Notes under the pieces: generated by a model
Seen by the model: only the letters and a program-made list of their open reading frames with translations
Databases searched by the model: none
What the model was told of the DNA's origin: nothing
Translations under genes and position numbers: made by a program
Assembly: GCA_010093605.1 (NCBI GenBank)
Contig: MU004196.1
Span: 1,324,606 to 1,388,605 of the forward strand
Source: Lophium mytilinum
Lineage: Eukaryota
DNA: 64,000 nt
Direction of reading: 5' to 3'
Shown: piece by piece, positions 22,395 to 33,796 of the stretch
Numbering within the stretch: the first letter of the stretch is position 1
Layout of the letters: each line of letters begins with the position of its first letter

Positions 22395-24524
22395 ATGTTC
22401 CCGAACATGCTTCACAACCCTGGTCTAGGTACCGCTTTCCAAAAGACCTTCCCGCCCCAGCTCCTTCGTAGTGATGCTGGCGTTTCCGATTTCATATCTC
22501 TGGCTGCCATCTCAGTCCCCTTTGAGATTCCTGCGATATTCGGCCCACTGTACCGCGTCCTTTCGGTCATGGCTCTGCGTGCATTCCGATTCGATATTCG
22601 GTCCCCCATCATGAAAGCTTTGTTCGTTGCTGGTGTCGTCCAAGGTACCATCGTAGGCTGGAGCTACCTGAAACCCTCCCTCATCGACTGGTTCACGTCC
22701 ACCATCTCGCTCCCGCATACGAACCTGGCTCAACGCCACGTCAAGTCCTGGATGAAGCAAAATCTTCCCCTCACACGCGATCGTCACGTTGAAGTCTTTA
22801 CTGAGGACGATGATATTCACGATGATCAAGAAGATGGCTACCGCAACCCATTCGTAGACATCCCTGCCGTTACGAAGACGAAGGAAGTGCACGAGGTCTC
22901 CTACAAACTCCCGACTTCCCGCTTTTTCTGGCACCGCCGTCGTCTATTCTACTACACGACTTCAACCCACCAGCGGACCAACACAATTACCAGCGCTAAG
23001 GGCGATGTCACTCAAGCCCCGAGCGGCGAACCGGAGGTTAAGTTGGTCTTGATGACTCTCGGTCGCTCACTTACCCCGCTGCGTAGCTTCTTACACGAAT
23101 GCAAGAAGCAACATGAGGCAAGCGTCGACAACACGACCATCTCTTACAGCCGCACAGAGATGAGCCAGCACTGGGGTATGTCGCACGAACGACCCAGCCG
23201 CCCCTTATCTACCATCGACCTCGATGAGAAGCTTAAAACCGCTCTCGTCGCCGACATCAACGAATATCTGAGCCCCCTGCGCGCAAAATGGTACTCAGAT
23301 CGGGGTATCCCATATCGCCGCGGATTTTTATTTCACGGCCCCCCTGGGTGCGGCAAAACCTCCATGGCAAAAGCACTAGCTGGCCACTTCCACCTCCCGC
23401 TCTTCTCAACCAGCCTCAGCCGGAACATGACTGAGGGAACCCTCGAAAGCCTGTTTCGCCAACTCCCCAAGCGCTGCATCGTCCTCCTCGAAGACATCGA
23501 CTCCGCTGGCATCCAGCGCGAGGAGATGAAGCAAGTGGTCCCCGAACAGCCCCTACTTCAAGCCCAAGCGCAGCAGCCAGAGCATTACGGTTACGGCATG
23601 CCGTCTTCTGGGTATAGAGAACTAGCGCGGGCAGTGCATAATTTACCACCCGGCTCGCTATTCGGCCCCCAAGGACTTCAAGCTCAGTCAAGCCGGGTGG
23701 GTGTCAGCCTTAGCTGCTTGCTGAATGTCATTGACGGGCCGAATTCTGAAGAAGGCCGCGTGCTGATTATGACTACCAATACCCCCGAGAGTCTCGATCG
23801 TGCGCTCATCCGGCCTGGCCGGATCGATATGCAGGTCTTCTTCGGCCCTGTCTCCCGCAAGGTGGCTGCGAGCATCTTCCGGCGCATGTACATGCTTGAT
23901 ACACCACCTTCTGGTGTGATCGACAAGAAGCAGGAAGAAGAACTCGCTGAGCAAGCCGATTCGTTCGCTGCACACGTTCCCGAGCTGAAGTTCACCCCCG
24001 CTGAGGTTCAGACGTTCCTGACTATGCACCGCACGCCAGAGCAAGCGATCGCCGGCGCTCAAGACTGGGTTGATAAACTCCTGGTCTCGAAGGAGAAGGG
24101 TCTCAACGTTATTACTGGCGAGACGGATACACCTGGCGATTCGTCGTCCAATGGTTCTGACACCGATGGCTCTGAAACTGGTGGCTCCGACACTGACGTC
24201 TCTGACACTGAAGAGCCACCTAAGAAGGCGGATCGCGAACCCGATGTGCACAACCTCCTAAGCTCGGCGCTCCACCGCATCGCGGTGCTTGAAGAGCGTG
24301 CCTCGCCACCAGCTCTGCGTTCGGACTCCTCCGACGAGACAATGGTGGATGAAGTGTGGCAGACGCCTCTTGGAACCCCAGGACCTCGTCGACTTTCCGA
24401 CGGAGAGTATGCCGATGGCTCTGATGACGAGGATGAGGGGCATTGGATGCGCCCTCCACCAATGACTGCTGAAGAAGAAGAGGCGGAGTACGGTGATGGT
24501 CCGGTTCATGTCCCCTCGGCGTAA
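22395..24524 (+). CDS. BCS1-like AAA+ ATPase with long acidic C-terminal tail
   Basis: RPLSTIDLD, WYSDRGIPYRRGFLFHGPPGCGKTS (Walker A), IVLLEDID (Walker B), LLNVIDG..EGRVLIMTTN, LDRALIRPGRID; first in-frame ATG at 22395. Confidence 0.9.
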   Translation: MFPNMLHNPGLGTAFQKTFPPQLLRSDAGVSDFISLAAISVPFEIPAIFGPLYRVLSVMALRAFRFDIRSPIMKALFVAGVVQGTIVGWSYLKPSLIDWFTSTISLPHTNLAQRHVKSWMKQNLPLTRDRHVEVFTEDDDIHDDQEDGYRNPFVDIPAVTKTKEVHEVSYKLPTSRFFWHRRRLFYYTTSTHQRTNTITSAKGDVTQAPSGEPEVKLVLMTLGRSLTPLRSFLHECKKQHEASVDNTTISYSRTEMSQHWGMSHERPSRPLSTIDLDEKLKTALVADINEYLSPLRAKWYSDRGIPYRRGFLFHGPPGCGKTSMAKALAGHFHLPLFSTSLSRNMTEGTLESLFRQLPKRCIVLLEDIDSAGIQREEMKQVVPEQPLLQAQAQQPEHYGYGMPSSGYRELARAVHNLPPGSLFGPQGLQAQSSRVGVSLSCLLNVIDGPNSEEGRVLIMTTNTPESLDRALIRPGRIDMQVFFGPVSRKVAASIFRRMYMLDTPPSGVIDKKQEEELAEQADSFAAHVPELKFTPAEVQTFLTMHRTPEQAIAGAQDWVDKLLVSKEKGLNVITGETDTPGDSSSNGSDTDGSETGGSDTDVSDTEEPPKKADREPDVHNLLSSALHRIAVLEERASPPALRSDSSDETMVDEVWQTPLGTPGPRRLSDGEYADGSDDEDEGHWMRPPPMTAEEEEAEYGDGPVHVPSA

Positions 24525-25710
24525 ATCGTCCTAATGCTGTAACCTCCTTCTTGAACTATGACGCCTTGTCGTTAGAGTTGAGTAGAAGGTTCTTTGAGGA
24601 GCGATGGTAGAGATTGCCACACTCCGTTAACTTTTCTTTCCTCTGAGGTGTTTGATACCTCAATCTACTAGATGAATGAAAACTCCGTATCATAACCTTT
24701 GATTTGCTTGCTGTGAAGTGTGAATTCTGATTCCTTGCTTATTTACCATTGATAGCGTAGAGACCTTGAAACAGGTGTCTACAGCTTATAATTATGACCA
24801 TGCTTTACCACCGTCTGTAGTCCTTCAAAACACTTTTGGAATGTGAACGAGATGGAGAATACCGAACCGCTCAATGGAGTTGTTGGAGCCACGGGCAAGG
24901 AAAACTTCTTGGTCCTTAGCGTTTATCTTATAATAAAGGAAGTCGCGCTCAGATACACTTTGGACCTTTCATTGAATGAAAGCAGTAGATCGAAGAACTT
25001 CTAGTCGAGGGTACTGCTCACGCAGACAACTCGCTGTTGACAACGAGTTCCGTCGGGAAGTACGAGATGGGACGAGAAGCTGAATTTCTAAACAATGTGA
25101 GCACACAGAGCACATTGTCGTTGAGTTCTGGCACGGCCGTGCAAGGTACCCTGATTCCTCCTTGTGAACATGTCAAAACTTTGCACTGAAACGTCTATTG
25201 AATTCGCGTATGATAGCCACTGAGGCACTCCGAGCAGCGGCAAACTAGTGCACACAGCACACCCACTGTACACCCCCCGCTCATCATCCACCTGCAGCAA
25301 GCCCTCTTAGCCCCACTCTAGGCAGAAGCTTGCCCGGCTTGTACGGCCTGTGGCCGGCTATAAGCGAAGTGACGTATTCGGTTAGCGCGGCCCACACAGT
25401 CTTTCTTATCTGCAGCTCCACAACAACCCTCTTCCTCTCCACAACACCCCTCTCGACACCAGCAGCGAACTGCATCAAGAAGCACTTCTGCAGGTAAGCT
25501 CCCCTATCACCGTGACTCGCATAGGATGGTTGCTGATTCGTCTACTAGCCCTCATCGCTGCGCCTGCTCCAGGCGAAACGGACTCCAGTGACGCTCCTGT
25601 CCCGCGAGCGCGACAATCGCGACAACCGCAACTCCTACCGTGGAGGCAGATACGGACGACGCTCATCCCGCGACGAGAGCCCCAAGCGCCGCGCGAAGAC
25701 CCCGGAGCCA

Positions 25711-26192
25711 ATGCTGACCGAGGATGAGCGTGACAGACGCACGGTGTTTGTCCAGCAACTTGCTGCTCGGCTCGAGCACAAGCACCTACACGAGTTCTTT
25801 CCCAAAGTCGGCAGAGTCAAGGATGCGCAGATCGTCAAGGACCGTGTCTCAGGGCGCTCAAGGTATGCTTACCTCACCAATTCCATTCCATCACAAGTAC
25901 CTTGCTGACATCTACCTAGCGTTGGCTACGTCGAATTCTACGACGAGGAATCTGTTGCCGCCGCAATCGCTCTCACTGGACAGAAGTTGAAGGGGGTCCC
26001 GATCATTGCTCAGCACACAGAGGCCGAGAAGAATCGCCAGGCTCGGGCCGAGGGCGCTCCCAGCGCTGCCAGCGGCTGCCTGATCTTAGAGAACCTCGGG
26101 TATGTTACCTAACTCCCTCTTCGCTTGCATAGCTGACCAACCTCAGGATAATCTTCTCGTCGACCAAGCTGGCGGACGATTCTGGTGGATGA
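25711..26192 (+). CDS. Truncated single-RRM derivative of splicing factor RBM39/Rsd1/Pad-1 (possibly pseudogene), ~125 aa spliced
   Basis: [66 protein letters not shown]; introns 25863-25919 and 26100-26146, plus upstream intron 25494-25548 with no in-frame ATG before it; RRM2 and UHM absent. Confidence 0.8.
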
Positions 26193-27182
26193 GGTATCTG
26201 CTGGGCTAGGCCGGATTGCACTAGGAGATGGGCCGGATTGTTATGTTGCGAGTCGTGGTCTACATAGAACTACCAATCAAGCGCTCTGGATCACCACAAA
26301 TGTTCAAGCACAAGATGATTATATTCATTCAACTCTGCTCTTGCTCGCCTGACGCCGCCGTACGAAGACCTCCACCTAGCAGATGAATAGCTAGTCAACA
26401 AAGTGTCTAACTTGCACTGCACGAGCTTCAATGTTGTGTCTCTAGGCTAAAAATCTTAGTTCGCGAATATGCCACACCCCACGCTTCACTTTTGCTCACT
26501 CAACTCCCGCCGTTTGGGGGACCTTAGCTATGAGGTAAGCATTCTGTCAAAACGCAAGCTAAATTCCTATTATCGAATCTATACATCGAACCTGGAGTCT
26601 TCGATAACTCTAGTACGCTGCCCAGCGATGTGAGGCGAAGCCCAGCTAGCTAGTTAGTAGTGACACATCAGATAGCTGAATATTGATCGCGTCAACCTTA
26701 ACATCTTCTTCCAAACTGCAAATAGCCCGTGGGGTGACCTAGATAGGGACAAAGTAGTGTCCTTGGAGGTTTATCTGAGTTGTGGTGATGCTTATGTACC
26801 TTGCGTTTATGGTTCTGTGATGGGTGTCTATCTAGTTAAGGAGAAGGAGCTGTAGGGCCTGTACAGCTTCTACTTTAACTGCATTGTGCTACCTACACAA
26901 CTACGCTCCTGACAGGTAAAGGTGAAGTGATCCACATCGTCGACGCAAGATTACGGGCAGGCTTCAAGTTGTGGAAGTGCAGACATCGATGGGCCATTTT
27001 CTCCTTCATAACGCTACCGAGTCCCGCTTCCGTTTTTCGATCTTCTGTACCTTGAGAATCTTCTTGCCGAGTGAGGGACGAACGGGTAGGGCCGCGAGTA
27101 TCTTTCCGAGAGGAGAGAAGACAAGAGGGGCTTAGTGTATGTGTGGAAGGTAGTTGCCCAGCTGGCTAGGGCCTGTGATGGA

Positions 27183-28292
27183 CTATCGTAGTGTGGAGCG
27201 GGGAAGGGGTGAACCGAGAGTAGGACAATGTGTTCGAAGGAGTGGGTGTAACGTGTGAGAGCCGGAGGAAGTATGTTTGGGTTGACGGGGTAGAGGGGTG
27301 AGTTCTTCGTCTTCTGTGACTGCGTCCAGGTCTTGCATGCTCACAATTGAGCCATCGATGGCTTCGGTAGATGGAGGTTCGATGAATGCTGCCTCAGCCT
27401 GGAGGGCTTGTCTGTGTATTGTCAACCACGCAGCCGTAGCCTGAGCTAGCCTACTCGTACTTGCATACCTCCCTTACTCCCATCTATGTTCAAGCAAGCC
27501 CTAGCCCGTCAAAGAGCGGTCCGAAGGCAGAGGGGTCATTTCATTGAGCCTCGCTAGTGTCTGAGTCTGTAGAGCACCCACGGCTTGGCCCGCAAGTGTA
27601 TCTTTTCTGGCTTTTGGATGTGACAGAGAGGAGGCACTCGTTTGCGCTCCGAGGTCCGAGGGCTTGTCTCGCCCAACAGGCCTTGCTTCTGCTTGAGCAC
27701 AATCTCTCTTCGGGAATTCTCTGTCGATTTTGGCGCGGGAAGTGGAGGAAGCACTGGCCCAGGAAACAATGCGGAATGTGGCCAGGTTAGGTCGCCCGCC
27801 ACCGGGAAGCTGACCGGACGCAGAAGCAGAAGGGGGATCGGGACTGAATGTGGCGTAGATGGGTTGCGCGGCAGAGGAGGTAGTACGGCAGCTTCAAGCG
27901 GCAGCGGGGCGTTGATGTCTAGGCTCTTACGCTTTGAGGGCGGCGAGGTGGGAGCGAACCAATTGTGGGCAGACTTCAAGACGGTGTAGACATGATGCTG
28001 AGGAGCCTTCTCCGTTCCGTACACCTGGGGACGTGTTGTGAGTTTCTTGGGAGGGCTCGACGCGCTGGGATCGCGGCTGGCTAGACGGATAGGTCAGTGA
28101 TGAGCGATGGAGTGGCTGCTTGATGTACGTACCGTCGGACATGGTGGTGTCCTTTTTTCGGTGTTCGAGATGGACGTGGTCGTGGTGAGATTCCGGAGGA
28201 GAGCTTTTGTGGTCGTATTTGCTGGAGAGGGAACCCGACAGCTCGTGAATGTCTGGCAACTCAACGATGATGCCGTGAATTGGCCCTCTCAT
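27183..28292 (-). pseudogene. Possible disrupted hypothetical gene (Pro/Ser-rich)
   Basis: Overlapping ORFs 27927-28292 and 27554-28024 in different frames, an intron-like GTATGC..TTGAC..CAG segment (~27467-27413) and ORF 27183-27425; no recognisable domain. Confidence 0.3.
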
Positions 28293-29036
28293 TGCCAGAG
28301 TTTTGCAAGAATCAGGACATTAAGGTGAATGAAGAAGACATTGCTCAAGCCTTGTGGTGCTTGTCAAGAATTGAGAACCTATAAAAAAGTGTAGGAGACT
28401 CGAGACTTGAGGTCGGAGATCAGATACGGGTTTGAGATCAGCTTGATGCAATGTGTGGATTATCACACGAGTAGGGGAAGCTATCAAGGCAGCGACTGAA
28501 GCAATTCCCCAATTATAGTTACTGAAGTAGCCCGTCCACTCTTGGTTGACGCAAGCTCATCCCAATTTCTTCACATATAACAGTCACTTGTGTGAACCCG
28601 TGGAAATAGCTCTCCATCGTCAGTCCGAGTCAGTACATTTAAGGCAGAGCGGGGGGGGCAATGCGAACTGCTCTTGAAGACCCGAGGGGCATTGCAGAGG
28701 CACTTCTCTGTCTGTTTCAATACATGACGTAATCTTTTTGTTGGGGTGGGTCAAAATAAAAACATCCGTGCCGCCCTAACGTGTCTCCACCAACCTCCAA
28801 CCACCAACCTCCAACTCCACTCGTCTTGAGATCTTCACCGGGCTGCACTATCAATCACTCTCCGAGAGATCTCCCGCCCTCTACAGCCTTTCTCGTTCAG
28901 GTTCCTACCCATCCGGTCACTGTGGGAGTGACAGCGCGGACACTATCCAAAGCTCCTACCTCTCGGGGTGGGACACATTGCCACCATTGGTGAGAGCTGC
29001 CTCGTTTCTCCTTGTCGTTTCTTTCACACGCTCAAT

Positions 29037-31900
29037 ATGATGACACAACTCTACATACCTGTAACAAGGATTGATGACATTTTGAAATTGCCTTCAAACT
29101 TACTGAATGAGCTACACTTCCGCAAAGTTGCTGGGCCTCCCCAAGAGAACCCTGAGCTAACAATCGTACAGCAGAGTTGCGAGAACAAATACCCTCTAGA
29201 CTCTCGCAAATGCAACCGGCGCATTTTGTTTGATCTTCTCCAACACGAAAGCAACGATTACACGACTCGGAGACATCAATTCGGGGCTCGGCACAAGATT
29301 CTCTCGATACATTACCTCCGAACCTTGGAGGGAAATGACTCTTCAAGTACAAATTACGTCATGAAACTACTGTACCAGGTAAGCACATTCCGTCTATCCT
29401 TTTCAGTTTTTACAAAGATTGCCGTGTATGATGAAAATGACTTTTACGACTTCTACTGTCGAGCGGATGGATGCCTTTGAGAAAAACTAAATTCTCAGCG
29501 TACTATATCCCTGCGAACATACGATGCCTCCCTATAAAAATTTGGACTGACGATGCGTTTGTAGCAGCAGCGAGCCAGCGTCTAACCGGATCAAGCGCTC
29601 CCTGCTTCCTCCCAGCGACGCGAAATCAGGGTCATATCTCCTCGAAGGCAAACAAGTGGGTGCAAGGTGCCTAGTAGGCATATTCTTATTTCATCTTTCC
29701 CGCTTTTACAGCCCTACGCTGCATGATGAAGTCAATCCTTCTGTCGAGAGAGCTGCCGTTGGATGCCCATGAGGTTGCCGCTGGACGCCCATGAGGTTGC
29801 CGTTGGATGCTCATGAGAACAACATTACATTCTGAGAACGCGACAAAGCCAGAATCATACATCACTCCGTCCGCAGTACTGCGCTAACAATTCGTTCGTA
29901 GAAATGTCTAGTCAGCGACTGGACCTTCCAACGGCTGCCCCCCCCCCCTCCCTTCGTGCCGTTGCCCTGACTCGCCATGCGAGCAAGCAAGGCGTCCGCG
30001 AACCTTCTCGAGACCTCGAATCGATACAGATCCTGTCTACCTCCTCGCCGATCGCCGACAAACAACACGCTCTGGCCTATTCAAGAGCAACCGATATGAA
30101 ATGTGGGGAAATTGTGGGATTGATAAAGTGTATCTAGTAAGTGCATCTTCCTGGCGTCCCGTGCGTGACGCACGGCAGCTCTCTTCTATGATGAAACCAG
30201 TCATATCGCAATTAACTCGAGTGGGGTCTCCGCTGGTGTAGACAAGGTTTGCCACTGGCAGTGAGCTCATGAGAACAGCAAGACAAAAAATCTGATACAG
30301 TCCAGCTTGAATAACTCTCATGCTTTCAAAATCAGAGAATCATCGACTTACTGAAAATACCTAGCAGGGCCATAGACTGGCGAGGCTCGGATCCAGAATT
30401 GATAAATCAACTCGTCGCAAATGTCCTCGCCCAGAAGAATCTACCGCACCTTAAGACTGTGTGTGAAAGTTACTGTAAGTGCGACCTCCTTGCGTTGTCA
30501 ATATTTTAAAAAGCATAGTACTTCTCATGATGATACACAAACTAAGGTTTCGTTCAATTGATTCACCCATGATCAACAGTTTTATCTGATTCAGTCACAT
30601 TTACCCCGCGCTATCACATCTACTTGCAAGATACAGTCTACTAAAAATGAATGATAGGATCTAAGAAACGACATATCGACGTAGCACCCGTTGGCTTTTC
30701 GCTGAAAAGTCCTCAAGTGATAGCTGTTCAAGTACTTCGCGGTGAACATTTTCTTTTCTTAGTAGCCATCTGTTATCCAACACCACGAATACAATGATGA
30801 AAAGCTGGTAAAAGGCTCCGTGGGTTCCCGCCAATCGCCCCGAAGGGTAAACCGCTTCTGCTGGTCTCCCCGGAATCGATCTGGTCGCGGAATGCTATGA
30901 TCACACAACCCGTGTGCGCGGGATACTAACTTTATCCCAAGCACTTTCTGAAACGCTTCTGTTCTTCCAGCACTACGGCAACTTACTGGCGAGGACCGTT
31001 TGGCTAACATTCCTCAGAAGATGATTGACGATTGGTGCAACCAGCAGCTTCGCCTTGCGGACCTTTTGAATGATTGTCGAGCTAGGTGGAGGTTTGGAGG
31101 GCGGGGGTCTGGACACTTTCACAGGGGAGATTTGAAGGTGGTCAATGGGAGACGCTTGAAAATCAAGGCATAATGGTGTACCTTTGAAATTGAGATTGAG
31201 TTTGCGGTCTACCCCACGTCGCTAGGGGTGCCATGAGCTACTAAGTATTGCGTCAATATACTGAGTCAAAATGCAAATATCACATTGCCCCGAGCATGCG
31301 AATAGAATTCATGGAGAATAACGGTGATACTTGTTTCCAGGTGTCATTCAGAAGATTCGTGGAACATATTGCTACTATCATGATACCGTCAGAAGTGGCC
31401 TCGAAGATCATCTTGTTTCAAAGCGATTACACCAAAGTAAGGAACGTATATCTGACTCCTGTCCTTTGTGATGCTCTAACTGCATGCTTTCTGGCCACAA
31501 TCGATCCTCAACGCAATCGAGACACCTTAACGATCATGTTTGGTGCTATTTTAGCACTGTCTGAAGAGGCCCCATAGACTGAATAGTTTTGAGGTAAAGG
31601 TACCAAATCCATGGCCGTATATCGGACTTTTGTCTCCTAGAGCGGGCTGATTGTGGAATATGATAACAGCACTCACTCGCAATCCGAATCAAGAGCAATA
31701 GACATTGGCTCTGCCTTTACTTTGACATTGTCTGAAGGGGCCCCAAAGACGATACTATTTCAATCTCAACTTACAATAATCAAGGCCACATATCCGCGTT
31801 TTGTATCCTGCAGTCTTTGGGAACGGCTTTGACGGTGTTTGAGAGGCGCCATACTCGCATGTACTTTAGAAATGGATGTGTTAGAGGTGAATGATTCGTG
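29037..31900 (+). pseudogene. Probable decayed multi-exon gene(s), unidentified
   Basis: Protein-like stretches (29037-29377, ~30330-30474, ~31296-31900) ending at GTAAG donors but broken by stop codons. Confidence 0.3.
29752..29817. repeat. 22-bp tandem repeat x3
   Basis: g(c/t)tgccg(t/c)tgga(t/c)gc(c/t)catgag repeated three times. Confidence 0.9.
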
Positions 31901-32195
31901 GGGTCGCCTACCTGACTGACCGTAAACAAGGTCGCGTTTACTTCAGTATCTCAATTTGGCATGTGAATGGCTCAGCGAGTTGTAGATATCGCCGGTCTTT
32001 AAGACATCTTCTACCGACCGCATCTACGTGCAACCTCGACATCAAGTTGACAGCAACCTTTGTCACAGCTAATTCACTTATCATACCCGTTGCTCTACAA
32101 CCGCTTGATAACAGTACAATCCTCCATTCAGCATCAGACTCTATTCGATCTATCCACAAGAACCTGCATCTCCGCCACTTGACCATCAAGCCAAC

Positions 32196-33209
32196 ATGGT
32201 CGCCTCCCGCTCCTCCAGCAAGCGCGCCGTCGGAAACCCCAGTGAACAAAAGTCGAAGCGCAAGGGCCGCGATCTCGACAAAACGTATAGATCTCGAGTC
32301 TCGAAGAACACTAATGCCAGCGATAACGCAAACACATCTGCACCTCGACGTAACCCCGCCCGTGCGGTCCGACAGCCGAAGGCTACCTTCAGTGTCTTCG
32401 AAAAGTTCAAGATCTTGCCACCTGAGCTTCGGGAAATGGTGTACTACCACGCGCTTGACCTCGACAACAAGAAGTATATCAGACCGCTCGCCGAAGCGTC
32501 GACCACCACACCTGGAGACTTCGGTATACTACAAGCAGACCACCAGATGCACGACGAGGCTTCCGCTGTCTTTGAAAGACACGCAACGGTGGACATCGAT
32601 ATGGGGATTGACGATGACCGGTCTGACTGGCTGCAAGATATCCTTCCCAAGGTCCACAATCCGCAGTACGAACCAGTAAACCCAACCGCCGGGTACGAGC
32701 GCATCGAGGCACAAAGGGAACCGAATGAGAAGAAGCTGGCGAACTATCGACGTGCCCATTTTCACGTTGGCCGAGGAGACCACCACTTGGGTCTCTTTAG
32801 GATGCACAAAAGTCCGTACATGGACGAAGTGTATGACTACATCGAGTTCTGGGTCGCGAACGCCGAGGAGGACCGCACACGCCTTGCAACACTAGATCTT
32901 GGTCGCCTTCTACACCGAGCAGCGGAGTACGATATGAATACAAGGGATTCGTGTACTCGGAGGGGAAATAAGCGCTTGGAGCGACAACGGAAGGCCGCCA
33001 TCGAGAGGGTCTGGGAGATGTTGGACCTCATGGCGTCAGATGGAAACTGTGACTGGACTGTCACTTGCTACCCGTGGAGTCCGGATGAGATATACAGGCT
33101 GATGGGAGACACGGTCTTTGATGACCTCCAATCCAAGTGCGAAGATCTTGGCTTCACCTTCAGACCAAACACGGCAGAAGAGCGCCTGGCTTACGACGAT
33201 GAGTTCTAG
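32196..33209 (+). CDS. 2EXR/F-box-like domain protein (337 aa) with basic N-terminus
   Basis: FEKFKILPPELREMVYYHAL matches the F..F..LP.E(L/I)R..I(W/Y) motif; intact ORF. Confidence 0.75.
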   Translation: MVASRSSSKRAVGNPSEQKSKRKGRDLDKTYRSRVSKNTNASDNANTSAPRRNPARAVRQPKATFSVFEKFKILPPELREMVYYHALDLDNKKYIRPLAEASTTTPGDFGILQADHQMHDEASAVFERHATVDIDMGIDDDRSDWLQDILPKVHNPQYEPVNPTAGYERIEAQREPNEKKLANYRRAHFHVGRGDHHLGLFRMHKSPYMDEVYDYIEFWVANAEEDRTRLATLDLGRLLHRAAEYDMNTRDSCTRRGNKRLERQRKAAIERVWEMLDLMASDGNCDWTVTCYPWSPDEIYRLMGDTVFDDLQSKCEDLGFTFRPNTAEERLAYDDEF

Positions 33210-33310
33210 GACTAGTGGTGAAGCAACTAAAAGATTTGATCAAAGGTACGTCAGAGCTAGCTGTTTCCATGGATGTAAAGCAGGGGCTAACCTTAATTCC
33301 AAGGCATCGT

Positions 33311-33480
33311 CTAGTGCTGCGAGGGTTCACTTTCTACTAGAGGTTTGACGGCTTTTTAGCCATCCCCTAGAAACGGAAGAAGCATATTATGTAGCTAAGG
33401 TCCAGCGCTGCGAGATTCTTTCTCTACTGGAGGTTTGACGCTTCTTTAGCGGTCCCCTGGAACAAGAGCAAGCATATCAT
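33311..33480. repeat. ~90-bp diverged direct duplication
   Basis: gctgcgag..tctact(a/g)gaggtttgacg..tttagc..tcccct(a/g)gaa..aagcatat at ~33311 and ~33402. Confidence 0.8.
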
Positions 33481-33796
33481 CTCGCGAGTCATTATTATTC
33501 CCGATCAATCGTACTATACAACTCGTATCAACATCTTGCGCTTCAAACACACCGCCATGTACTTATTTTTGTCCACTGGGAAGGATACATTTCTCAACAA
33601 GAGTGCTCGGGTAAGGTCCCATTACTTCCTAATCATTGATCTACACTTTCTGGGCGACATTTAGACACTCAGCCCGGGTTTTTACACTCCTTTAACTCTA
33701 AGTCGCCACGAGCATCCAAGATCAGTTGCGTTTCTACAGGTTAAGGCCCATTTCTGACTCAAGGTGTATGTTTCTACCCCTAATGCTCAACTGGTT

